Shown here one piece after another: positions 23,852 through 36,987 of a DNA stretch of 64,000 nucleotides. The stretch is taken from assembly GCF_052425735.1 (NCBI RefSeq), contig NC_135771.1:930001-994000 (forward strand), given 5' to 3'. The stretch's first letter is position 1, and the number at the start of each line of letters is the position of its first letter. A program made the translations under genes and the position numbers. The DNA comes from Oculina patagonica. Its lineage: Eukaryota. The notes under the pieces were generated by a model that did not search any database, was not told where the DNA came from, and saw only the letters and a program-made list of their open reading frames with translations.

Positions 23852-26800
23852 ATGAAGTTGCTGTTTTTGCTTGCGTTCACTCTCCTTGCCGTCAACGTTT
23901 TCAGTGCTGCCACCGACGAGGAAGAAGATGGTAAGTTTGCTTGATATTTCGTTTTGTATTCTATCCTGACCCCTTCTTTCTTCTCTCTTTTTCCTCTTCC
24001 CCCCTGGGGCTTTTTGGGCTTTTTTTTTGCCCCCCCCCTCACCCCTTTTTCCCCCCCGTTTTCGCCCCCCCCCCCCCCCTTTTTCTCCCCCCCAAGCTGG
24101 GATTATAACACATTTTTTCAGTTCCTTTCCGTACCAATTCTGCAATTTGTTTTAGTTACAAAAACGACACGGAATCCGCCTCTTCCCAAAATTCACAGAA
24201 ATTTACAACCTTCGCCAAACAGTTTTATGAACGTTGATCACATGCCCAGTAAGACAGCATAGACACTGATCCTACACACCTCTCGGTTTAGGGACATGTG
24301 TTATTTTTACACAATGGATAGCGGTGCGTTTTATAGAGTGAAGGATCAATCTTCAATTCCCCTTTTTTGTATTCATTGATAGCTTTGACTGATTCTGTTA
24401 ACAATTGTTTAAGATGAGAAAAGAAGAAAGAAGAAGCGAACCGGTTGTTTAGTCACAGAAGGCTCGAGTATACTGCGCGTCAGTGAAACCTATCGTTTTA
24501 CCAAATTTACTGTTCATAATTAACGTAAACGATTTTGATTGTTGATAAAACCTAATATACGAAAGATGTGCTTTTCTCCTTTAGGAAAGCTGAGTGAATG
24601 GCTACAACCATTTAACAGTTATGTGACTGAATCAATTTTCGTAACCGTCGCGCACTTTTCTTCGATTTTGATGCACATTACGACTGGGATTAAAAACTCA
24701 AAAAATCATATAGTTAGATAAAGTTAATGGCTGTATTCGTGCCGTGGAAAACACAGTTTGGGTTGTTTAATGAAATGTATGAACAGGTGCCATCAAGCAA
24801 AAAGGTTTTGAGAATGATAGACAGCTGTGTCAACAAAAACTTGTTAAAAATCGAACAGTTATTTTGATTCTTAAAAGTCTCGGTAAACTTTTCCTAAAAG
24901 CTTGATCAAATAATTTTGATTTTGTTCTACCGAACAAGCTTTTAACTCTCGTAAACACGTTCGGCTTTAACTTTTCAAGTCTCATTGCGTGATGAAATTG
25001 CCTGGTTAACGTAAAATTTTCTGACTCTTAGGTTCTAATTTTGCATTTTCTGTAGTATGGGTATATAAGATATCAACTTAAAACATTTTATCTGCGTTTA
25101 GTTTATTTACCATGATTTGCTGTGCTTTTAAAACGCAAACTTATATTGATTTAATATAATGGAGTGCCTATGGAAAAATAAACAATGATTAAAATCTAAT
25201 ATTTGTAGAATTCGGATGAAAAATAGAAAGCTTTTAACTTCAATGTTTTTGCTAGATTTCAAAATTATCAAACGTTACAAAAATAATATATTACGTGAAT
25301 AAATAAATTGGCAACGAATAAATATAAACCATACCTTACCCGCAGAATGGATGGCTCAAAATGAATGTATTCCGTCAAACAGCAAGTGGAGAAAACGCTG
25401 TTTTATCAATTTGAGTTTGATTGGAGCTAAAAACTGACCACCATTTAAGATATAAAAATTACGAAAGTTTTGTGATGGATATTCATTTGCGAGATTAAAT
25501 AATATTGTTCTCTTTGGTAATGGCAGTTAATCCACCGTTCAGACGTCTTATTCGAATTATATATTTGAATTTTGGTAAAAGAACTGTTTAACGGGATTCA
25601 GCTGCAAGTATGATTAAAATTTACACTTTACGCCTAGCAGACTGTTACAAGTGTGCACTTCTTTGCTTAAGATTGAAATAAATGGATAGCGCATTGTATG
25701 ATATTCTTTAGAAACAAAACCAAGACAATGTCTTTGAATAAAATTCATTTTCTTTTCTTTTCTTTTTTCTTTTTGCATTGCTGGATGTTTTAGTTTCATT
25801 GGAAAATCATTTCAAACGTGGGTTTAATCGTTCTGGATTGGTCTATTTTTCATGCTGTTATTGGGTCGTGTTGTACCATGTACCAATGAACAGATCCTTG
25901 GAGGAAACTATCGCATGTTTTTTAGTTTTTGTCCTTTCAGTTCGAAACTAATTCAGACGCAAAAAAAAAGTCGCAGGTATGGACAAACGTTCCCACAACA
26001 AAAGCGTCAATTGAAAATTAAAGCGTCCCAAAAAAAACATTTCCAAGACCATTTTGGCCTCAGAGTATTATGACCAAATGTTGAGTTTATAGCTGAATGT
26101 GTCGTTGGGCACAGCCAAAGTTTGAACGTCTTTTCAGTTACGTTCTATAGTCAAGTTTATCTTTAATTGAAAAGGACAATTTCCTTCTATATAAATCTGA
26201 ATAATGGACCAAAAGCAATCTGAAACGGGTAAAATTCTGCTTGAGAAGGGATCTCAGTTAGGTATTTTTGCTTAAATGTCGACACTTCGTACAATGTATC
26301 ACACGCCCTTAACTGCAAGGATTTTCTTTGCTCTCAATAGCACTCTTAAAAGAACTTTTGGAGAAAGAAAAGGAAGCCGCAGATGAACCCGAGACGGAGA
26401 AAGGTCAGAGTGTTTACGATGGCATTTTTTTCATCATTATTTCCCTGCTGAAATAAAACCTTTTTATACAGTATTATTTATATTTTTGTCGTTGTTTTTG
26501 TTCGGCCACACAGAGGAAGGCGAGTTTGAGCGGGACGAAGAGAATGAAACCGAAGACGAAGATGCGAAGACTGAGCCGATTGAAAACGACGAGCCCGAAT
26601 GTAAATATGTTTTATTAATCAAACTAATGTCATGATTACAGTAATATTTTATTACGAAACGACTGATAAGTGAGGCATTTTTACTTGGTATATTAAACAT
26701 TTTCAATCAATACTTTAAACAATATTGACATCGTCTGTATTTTATATCAAAAATAATTGAATTGCAACAAAACGCTGCTTCCTTTTGCAAATTATACACA

Positions 26801-26965
26801 GATCATACTACTATTTTTGAAGAGGTTTAAAAACGTTTAGATCAGCTTTTAATTTTTTTTTCCTTCAATTGTTTTTTAGTAATGGACGCAGAGAAAGTTC
26901 CTTTTGACCCCGAGGAAACTTTTGACGACGAAGAAGAAATGAAAGAAGTTGAAATCAAAGAGTAA
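23852..26965 (+). CDS. Small secreted Glu/Asp-rich protein, 104 aa; exons 23852-23930, 26341-26403, 26514-26600, 26880-26965
   Basis: All introns are GT-AG and phase 1, and the frame is continuous: MKLLFLLAFTLLAVNVFSAATDEEED-ALLKELLEKEKEAADEPETEK-EEGEFERDEENETEDEDAKTEPIENDEPE-LMDAEKVPFDPEETFDDEEEMKEVEIKE*. AATAAA at 26984. Confidence 0.8.
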
Positions 26966-27578
26966 TCAGGTCCTCTAAACTTTAATAAAAGGAAATCCGA
27001 TCTGTTATATTAAAAGTTGACTTTGTCACCGTATGATTAACAATGGGACTTCTTTAGTCTCTTTGAAATAAAGTAGAATAAATCTGAGTATTCTGCCTCG
27101 TGTCTTGACTATCATCCCCCTGCCTCCCTTCTCTGTACGTTATGAGTATAATGTAAAAAATGGAAAAATCGATACAAACTTCAAAGTTATGAAGTGAGTT
27201 TTGCTCACATAATTTTTCATGAAATCTTTGATCAAAAACCTTAATTTTTTCGGCTATTGGTGCACCTTTCATAGCAAAGCTATAAGCCGGTCATATCGAA
27301 AATAATTCGACACTGTACTACCCATATACCCCATCAATGTTTTTATTTGCGCATTTAAATTAAAATTCTCAATATGCGCCTACATGATTAAAATAGTAAA
27401 GTTTTACTGAAGAGCTTGACCTGAATATGATCACACACACAAACAAAACGAGGATTACTATCATGTACTTTTGATGGCCGTGTGAAGGATGAAAGGTACA
27501 CATTATACGATGCATAGTTTGGCTTCATTTGCGCATCCTTGTGAGAGTTTCTTTGTGTACCCCTTCTGTGGGAGGTAT

Positions 27579-30500
27579 TTATATACGAATTTCTGAGGCA
27601 CTACGTGAATGATACCCGTCGTTCCTTGAGATATTTGTCATCCGAGGGATAGTATGCGCATGAACCGGTACCATGGTACTGCTGCTCATCCTGTGAGCCC
27701 GCTTATCTTCAGATGTAGCAGATGGGGCCTCTGGTATACTATACCCTGACTTCCAAGGACAAATAAATCCAACAAAATACTTCCTGTAAAATGGATTGGT
27801 TACACAATAAATGAATGGGTTTAAGGTGGAATTTCCCATGCACATCACCACAGTCACTTGATGCGCCGCTGTGTCCATCTGAGTGATGTCAAACTTGAAC
27901 AACAGGTAATAAACTTGATTAGGAAACCAACAAATCGCCAGAACCACTGCAATGATTGCACACATGCGCAAAAGACGTACACCGGCTTTGCCTTTATTTG
28001 TTTGAAAGAGTGCTGGTGAATCTTTTACTTTCACCCAGAGGCTCAGAAAAGACAAACATGTGATAATAAGTGGTATCAAAAACTTTCCAAGAAACTCAAC
28101 CAAAGCAACTGCTTTTCTGATATTGCCTTCGGTGAGGGACACCCACACGCAATGGTTATCAGGCGCCAGTTTCATCTCAAAAAGGTGAGGAGCGTTAAAT
28201 AAAAAAGACACGAGCCATACCGCTAGCACCATGACATATATTCTGTAACTTTTGAAACCTGCTCTGTACTGCGCAGGTTTAGCGACTGCAAACCATCGCT
28301 CAAGAGATAAACACGTGATTGTATAGACTGAAACAATGCCAAGTGTAAACACAAGATAGTATGACACTACTATTCGGCAAAACAGCTCTCCTGCTAGGCC
28401 TCCTGGGATTGGAAAGTTCTTTGTTCCTATGATATATGCTGGTGTCAGAATTAGGCCAATACCTATGAAAATAAAAACAAATGATATGTTAGATTCTATT
28501 TAAGATAAATATTGGATTAATTCTTGTTATCTTTGTATCGAAATGCGATTTCAGGAATTACTGCTATGTATCAATGTTTAGCACATCTGATAAAAACTGC
28601 AATGATATGGATGTTAACGTTGAGTGTTTTGCCGGATGCTGTCTTACAAAAATAGCCAAAAAGATGAAATAGTGTTAGTATAGGATTTTGTGCGTAGAGT
28701 TTATCCCTTTTAAAAGAGCAATGCCACGGTATTTCAAGTCCGCATTTTTCTGATCAGTTTCGAATTAAAGGAAACCTCATAATAACAGTTTTCAAACGTA
28801 AAAATACCAAAGGGGTAATAAAACCCCAAGAATAAACAAGGATAGTTTCGACTGCCAAAGAGTGAGACAGATTGCGAATGACAAACTTGAAAAAATTTGG
28901 CAATTTTTTCAAGTTAGTTGTCCGTGACCTAGCTCCTTTAAGAAAAGCAAGAAATTAGGGAAGCGAGTAGAATACGTGAGACAACAAGCATGCAAGGTTA
29001 AAAATATGGAGGAAATGGCAGCATTATAAAAACACGAAATTCATAAAACTTGTATTGCCCAACTTTTTGTCTGATTGGTCTTTCTTAGCTGCCAGAGTCT
29101 CTCAGTATTAATAAGTCAGTCATCGTAGTTTTATCAAAACAGCACTCAGGGCAGATCGACCGACTGATGATATATCATTTCCTGAATATCCAATATAATG
29201 GACTCAAACCTTAGGTTATTATAATTTCTTAATCTAATTGATCTTGGGGACTATTTTGCTTGACGTCACACAAAAGATTAAAAAAAAATAGACAAAAACC
29301 TCAAATAAATCGTACATATCAATTTAAAAAAAAATAAAAAGCTAGCATTAGTTTTACTCAAAAGTGCTAATTTGAATGTCCTCACATCAACAAACTTGTA
29401 AGTTACAACCACATAATTGACTCGAAGTTTGTCTGTGGGGGGTGATGGAGTCAAAGAGCCAAAATATGTGTGTGAAAAAAAAAATGAAATCAGAAAAACA
29501 AATAGGAACGCATTAACATCAACCCAACTGGGCCAACCTTGTTATTGCGTACCAAGGTAAACATTGGCACAGCCAAACAGGATCGTGCTATTAGACCTAT
29601 TATCTTTGGGCTCATTTCGCTATTTATTTCGTTGAAGATCTGCTTTTACGCGGCTTGCTTTAATCAAATGAAAGTGAAAAATTTAAATATTGGCAGTAAT
29701 AATTTCGTGCAAGCAACTAAAGATGATTGATTTTAGTGTATTGTTTTTATTCCCGCCTAAAGATCTTATCAAAACACTCTCACACAATGATTGCGAGCCA
29801 AGCAAACGCTTCAACGGGTCTTGGTGGCGCTAATTTGTAGCTTTCAATATTCATTCATTGTGTTTATTCGGAAATTGAAGTACCAGTAATAGTTAAAGGT
29901 TGAGATCACAACCAAACATACACAGGACGAGACAAGGCATAAAATAAAACTTGTCTTGTTGAACGCCACATGTATCTTGTATCTTAAGGCAAATAAGACG
30001 TTAATTTCTACGACATGTCGGGCCAACCTTATAATAAGCCAAACTGATAACGAAAATAAATAATAGAATAAATTAACTCGTGTCAAAGTTTTCTTCAAGA
30101 TAGTACTAAACTTTTTTAATTTAACGGAACTGTGTCACGGATTTTAGCCAAATTTAGGCATGGGAAATCAAATTCGGTGAAATATAAAAAATAACCTCTT
30201 AAAACAGTGAAGGAGCATTTTAATAACACAGCAAATACAAAAGTAGGTACGGATGGGCAAAAGTGACGAAGATTGAAACAAATTGCAATATTCGGTTTCT
30301 GAAATATTTTTGGGCGTAATAGTTTTCAAAGTTAATCTCTTCAAAAAGTAAGTTTCATAGCGGGTATTTGGCAAAACACAATAAAACTCAGGCGTGGGAC
30401 AGGTTACCTGTTGTCATGTCAGTCACAGCCAGGCTTAAGATCAACACATTGTATGAGCTTCGTAAGAGAGATCGATTGCGGAGCAGCACCAAGATTAAAA

Positions 30501-30624
30501 GACTATTGCTACAAATGGAAAGAACAGCTATGATTCCCATAGACACTCGTAACGCCAGGTTCAGCTCGCTCGAATCTTGATCCATGTCCAGGTCAGATCC
30601 GGCGGTAGAAGAGTTGGAGGTCAT
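27579..30624 (-). CDS. Rhodopsin-like GPCR 3, ~366 aa; exons 30624-30408, 28462-27579
   Basis: LAVTDMTTG| phase-1 intron; LERW, LLRMC, CWFPNQ, NPFIY. Closest by eye to GPCR 1/2 (LFQTNKGKAG). Confidence 0.92.
28714..28937. mobile_element. TTAA-flanked MITE (Kolobok-like)
   Basis: TTAA|AAGAGCAATGCCACGG ... CCGTGACCTAGCTCCT|TTAA. Confidence 0.6.
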
Positions 30625-33600
30625 GTTGTATTAACTGTATCAAAAGAACAGAATATAAAATAATTTATCAAAATATCCTGATTGAAAGTTTAAAGAACGC
30701 TTACATTACCTTGTATATCCGTGCATACAGCTAGCTTTTATTCAGCCTACCTGCAAACCCTTAGAAGTTTGGTTAAAATTGAAAATGAAATATATACGTA
30801 TTTTTTATGCGATTGATTGGATAGGACGAATAGGTTGAATTGATAGTTTCTTACTTATTTTAAAGAGCACATGTAGCATGCAAGGCACTCGTTATTAGAA
30901 TATTACACTCTTGTTAGAAATAAGGTGAAGGAATATTTATTAAAATATCAATTTTCGATACTTTAACTAAAACGGCTCTGAACCACTAAAGTAACAATGA
31001 ATTATTAAATCAAAAGATTCTTCGCTGGATCTCGGAAGAAGCATATTTATTAAGCAATGATAAAAAAAACTATTCCTATTTTGTATTTGTAACGCCTACC
31101 TGTGTTCTCTAATCCACTATTTCAGCTATTTTGTAGTCGTTTCTTTCGGCGATTGTTAATTTTCTGGGCTTTAAGTCGTATCTGCGACGGCGGAAATGCC
31201 GGCTAAAAACCTATATTAGATTCTTGACGTTACCTGCCAATCAAGCGATTTTTACTTCTATGAATTAATCTGAACGGAAAACCACAATTTCGGTCTCGGT
31301 TCCTGAAAGCTTAGCCTTCGTATAAATATTGGGAGCAATAAGTATGAGTTTGCACGATTTGCTAACAGCTCCTTTATAGATTTGGATCCTCATGAACATA
31401 ATATAAAAGCACTCTAAACCCTAAGCAATAAGAGTTGCCTTAATAAAAACAACCCAAAATAACCAAGACGTGAGATTATGGCAAGAGAACTGTCATCAAC
31501 ATATTTTGGGCAATTTACATCCCAAAAGTAGAAAGCGAAATAATCTACTAGGTTCCTCATCTCACTATATTTTCTTGACTTACAAAAAAGGATCATCCCA
31601 TACAATAAACGTGTAATTCATCAGGTAATAGACAATAACTTAAACTAATACTTGAAATTTTTGTGGCTGGTAATTACTATTAATTGTAACACAACAATAT
31701 CACAAATTTTTTTTTAAATCGGCAGCGTTTTAATTAGATATCAAAGTTTAAATTAGCATTTTATGTATAGGAGTGCCTGAGAAAGTCGAATTTGTGTTCC
31801 TTCCCTACCAAAACAAACAATATACCAATATTTTAATTAAGCGTTGTAAATTACCCAGTATGTTAATTCCGTAAACGAAACCAAAATATCAACTTACGAA
31901 AATCAAACTAAGAATTGATCGAGTTGTTTCAATGTGTTTTTCCATATCTTTTATTGGTAGCTAAAACTACAAACGTAGACAAAAGTAGTTGACACATTGA
32001 CTTCGCTTTGCAGATTTTATGGCAAATTTACCACTAGTTATTAAATTTCATCACACTCTGCTTAAATACCCCCCTCCCCCCATCCACTGTTGTATGATTG
32101 TAGCAAAGGGATCCCAAAAACAAACCTTAACATTGATAGGGGGAGGGGGGTTAAAAAAGTGGGGCGAAAGGGTAAAATTAGACCAAATTACTATAAAATA
32201 GGGCCTAAAATGACAATGTGTCAACAGTTTTGTCACTTATTGTAGGTTAGCTTTATGGAAGGGTATACAATGCGTCGTTAACATCCAAGTTAATTATTGG
32301 TGTTTTTACAGGATATTTCAACCGTATTTCGCAGTTGCAGTTGCATGCATGGTCAGCATGACTTGTTTTTGCGTTTCTGTTTCTTGTCAATCTGACAAGA
32401 AATTTAACTGGTACTTTTTTCCTGCTCTCGATTACTAAGGAATTATTGAAAGAAATCAAATTAAATTGAAAAGTCAAGTTTGCATGTCCTAAAATTAATA
32501 TTGTACCAAATTAATCAGCCATCTTTATTTGGCATCGCATACCCCTTTCTTACAAATGACGTCAAATATATTGCCTCTTATTGACCTCGGAGCACGCCAA
32601 ACCAAGTTCAACAAAAATATAGCCAGCTTGGAAACTTTTAATATTTATTTATACACCAAAACTAGTTTCTTAGGTAATCAATATACTGTCTCACAAGCTT
32701 AGTTTAGTCATATCCTTGGGAAAACCAAGGATCAGTACATATTTCGTTAGGTAAGTGAAAGCCACTCGAAAACCGCGTAAATCCGGCCACAACTCTTCTT
32801 GTGTTCCACCAACATCTGTATCGTGCGTGGTTTGTTTTTCATGCACACCCATATAAATGTATATTGGTATTTCTTTAAAGGAAATGAAAACTTCGAGCTA
32901 CTCTGAGCTATATGAGACTTTCGACACATCTGACCAAGGCTATTCAAGTCAAACGTTGCAGCACAGAATATATTCAAAATTAAGTTGATTGCTAGCCGAG
33001 ATGTTACAAACTGCTACTGTTTAAAGGAGCTATGTTACGGACAACGAAGGAGCTATGTCAGAGACAATGCATCTTAAAAAATTGGCAGGTTTTTTAAAGT
33101 TTGACGTTCGTTATCCATTTTAATCTTCGTCAGTTCAAAACATCCTTGGTTAATTTCACGGTTTTCATTGCTCCTTCGAGTTAGTAGTGGCAGTTTTATT
33201 ATTATTTAAAGAAGTAGCAACAAAATATGCCGAGTTTACGGTGTCATTAAGTTATCTTTTGATGTAACTGATGTAAAAGGTCTAGTTGATGTATTTCAGT
33301 AACAAATGTAAGCATTGAATGCGATGATTCCGCATAATTTGCTTTAAGAGTAAACAAAGCACGTGTTTTTGTTATATAATAGATGATAACTAAAGATAAC
33401 TTCAGGCTTAATTGATGTTATGATCAATTTTTGTTAGTCGCTTGGGAAATTAAAAAAGTCGGAGGGGTCTGAGGTATTTTTATTTTTGTGCATAATGAAA
33501 AGAACATCTTATATTCGGTTTTCACATGGAGTGATATTAGACAAAGATGGTTTTTGAAACTTTTCTTTTTCTGTACATCATGCAATCGTCCTATGACCAA

Positions 33601-34149
33601 ATTTTATTAGTGAGTAGTATTGCGGTCTATAAACTTCTGTTTTTTTGTAAGTTACTATGGCAACAAACAACAAACAATGTGTTACCTTCACAACAGTTTT
33701 TAAGAACCAATCGTAAGAACCACTGTTGGCTCTTATTCTGCGAACATAATGCACGAATGCTTGACAGATTGATTGATTGGTTCATTAAAAACGTACATTA
33801 GTTGAAAAGAGGGAAAGCAAGAGTGTGCCCCACTTAACACTTAACGGTATTTTCCATTTTCATTGAATTTAAAATTGGTTAACACTTAGCTACTAATTAG
33901 GTCAAGTAGTAAACCTTATTTACATACAGAGTTCTATTGATAGTTTTTCTCTAGCTTCATGTCTTACACGTGATTGATTGCTAAGCGGTGGCTAACTCTA
34001 ACAAAATTCTTTATTTATACACGTTAAAGCAGACGCAGTCTAAAGTTCCTCGTTCAAAAGTGTCTCAGCTTTTACAACTGATTTTGTAATTTAGTGTTTC
34101 CTTTGATTTTGAAGGTTAATCTGAACATCGCAAAATATTTATGACTTCT

Positions 34150-36987
34150 TTAACTGGTGGAATAAGAAGTTAAATCAATGTCGACTTTTTCGTCAATGGT
34201 CACACCAGTGTTTATGTATTGAAAGCGTAATACTTGCAATACTCCATCAAAGGCATAGTTTTCCCCGGCAATGGAGGAGAAGCGACTCTGGCGAGAATGC
34301 ATTTTCTTGCAACCGAAACATAGCAGTCGTCTGAATCCAGCCTTGTAATCTCGATTGGTAAAGCAGCAAATCCAGGGATTTACACAGGAGTTAAACATAG
34401 CAAGAACTATGGTAAAATGATGTAGTGGTGTTTCCGCCTTAGTGATATCAAACGCGGAGAGGGTGTAGAAGACTTGATTTGGTAGCCAGCACGTAGTTAA
34501 TAAGAATGCTACTATAGCACACATCCGTGTAAGTTTTTTTCGAGTGTTACGAAATCGTACATTTTGTTCTGCTGGTGATCTTTTGAGGACACTAGCAACA
34601 TGAAGAAATGACAGCCAAGTTATCGCTGTTGGTATGAAGAATGTTAGTGCTGTATAACTTGGAATAAATATTTCCTTCGGGTACGAAATGTTACTCCATG
34701 TGCATCGTAAAGACGATTCGTTAAGTCTGGCTTTAACTGGTTTTGATCCATTAGCAATACCGCTTATCAGCCAGATAATGGCAATGTACACATAAATACG
34801 CTTTCTCGTGAATTTTATTTTATAGTCGATTGGCTTAACAACTGAATACCATCGCTCCAGAGCCAAGGCTACTATTGTCAGAACGGACACTTTACCAAAC
34901 ACAAATACGAAGTACTGGGTACTAATCAAGCGGCAGAACAATTCCCCGCCTATGCCGCGAGGGGCTGGGTACGAACCGAGTTCGATGATGAAACCAGGCG
35001 TTGCAACGATGAAGAGACCTGCAAAAAAATAAAAACTTCAGTTGCTTTTCATAATCAATGAAACGTTAAAAAAAATCATCGTTTCGTAAATAGCTGAATC
35101 GCTACAAAATCGTACGATGAACAACAATGAATGACTATGCGAATTGAAATTATGTATACACCTAAATGCAATATGGTTGTCATAGAAAAAAGGTCAAAGG
35201 AAAAAGTCAAACAGGAATTAATTAGGCGAATGCATGAAATTTATTCGTACAAATGGCCTTATAGCATAAAAACGTGGACTTAAAGTGTGTAGATAAAAAC
35301 TCGTGAGTTTTCTGTATATGCTACCAGTTATGAAACTACGCTATTGGTCAATAAAATTCCTATTTACCTTTGTTCTATTTTCTTTTTTTATGACAACGTT
35401 ATTGCAATTAGGTGTACTTCTACAATAACAACACTTTCGCTAGTTTTCTTTTATTTCTCATTAGAAGTGGCCAATTCGTAGACCAGAATTGCTTGTAAAT
35501 TTCACAACTTTCCTGCTTCGGATTCATCCAGTCTTCGTTCAAAAACAAAACAAAAATAAAATAAAAATACAGTCGTCTGCGTTGACGTTTAACACGTTTA
35601 ACGTAAACAAAAAGTTAACACATGTTATTATCCTCTATTATCGCTGAAAGTCGATTTTATTTTCCATTAATTTTGTTAAAATCACCTTATGTCACTTTAA
35701 GTCGCTCTGCGTTTGCCATTAATTGCGCTTACAATGTTTAACGTCGCTCTTAATCGCCCAAAGCTATATTTGAATTTTCCATTTACTTTGCTCAACTCGC
35801 CCACCACGACGATTTCATTATAACGTGAGGCAAGTTCTCAGATTTTAAAAATCGCTTCTTTGCTTTTTCTTACAGTCCAACTGCACGACGAATAACATTG
35901 ATAAAATCAAGTATTGTAGTTTGTCATAGACTGTAGCTCAGAGCTAGGAGACGTTTACAAAAGGAATGATGTCCGCCCCGCGGTAAGAAATTTAGTACGT
36001 GCCCAACGTTCATCGCTTCTTTACCTTAACTTCCCGCATTCCTCAAAATTACCACAAAAACAGCACGTCTCAAACAACATCTGATGATTATTTTTTGGTT
36101 AATTACAAATTTTAACATTGTTTATTCATTCTGCGCTGTAAATTTTCACTTTTTCCGTCTTACTTTTTGATTTTTATCGTCTACTTCCTTTTTTTAATTA
36201 AATTTTCCAGCAGACAGTTAATTTAGGACGTGCATATATACATTAATTCATGCAATGGAGCTGTTGTTCCTGAAATCATTGTATCCCAGCACACTACTGT
36301 CACCGTGCTGACAGTGCATGTTAACTGAATTTTTTAGCGGTTAAAGTAGCTATGTCACGGGGATTTCGCAGATTTTTGGTCTAGACTGTTCTGGAATTAG
36401 TAGTAGGCAACTTAACCTTAAATTGCAGATAGAAATCAAGCTACAGCTATAAATATCGATTTTTTTTTTTGAAGACGCGCGGAAGTAACTTAAAAAAGTA
36501 AGCCTTGCTTTTCCAAGTTGCAATCCGTTTCCTCGTCGTCGATGCTCGTCAACAGTTTCAGTGCTCTAATATAGCAAGTTTTAATACAAATGTACTATTA
36601 TGTTTAGATTTCCTGCGACACAAATATAAATTTTTGCTGTTCAAAAAACTTGGTAAAATCCTTGACATAGTCCCTTTAAGTGTAAAGAAAACTTGCTAAA
36701 CATGCCAGGTCGAATATTTTCTGGTAGTTCATGTTGTACTTACCAGTTAGCATGTCAGTGACACCCAAACTGAAAATAAGGAGGTTGTACGACGACCTAA
36801 GGAATCGGCGACGACGGAGTATTACAACACACAACAAACCATTACCGCAAAACGCCAGCACTGCAATGACACTAAAAAGCGCTTGAAGTATTAAATGTGG
36901 CTTGTCTTCAGTGTCTTGGCTTGAGCTGTTCTCTTCCAGTTTGTTTGTTGGCCAGGTTGTTCTATTGATGCGAGTTGTGTTGTTCAT
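34150..36987 (-). CDS. Rhodopsin-like GPCR 4, ~370 aa; exons 36987-36744, 35018-34150
   Basis: N-terminal NxT sequons, GN in TM1, TDMLTG|gtaagt, LERW, CWLPNQ, NPWIC. Confidence 0.92.
36345..36675. mobile_element. TTAA-flanked MITE (Kolobok-like); inverted relative at 50341-50731
   Basis: TTAA|AGTAGCTATGTCACGG ... TTGACATAGTCCCT|TTAA; internal similarity to 50341-50731. Confidence 0.65.

Noticed and set aside
23828-24262. Gly/Lys-rich and Pro/Phe-rich ORFs
   Set aside because: They arise from a C/T homopolymer tract (~23970-24095) in an intron, which may be low-quality sequence.
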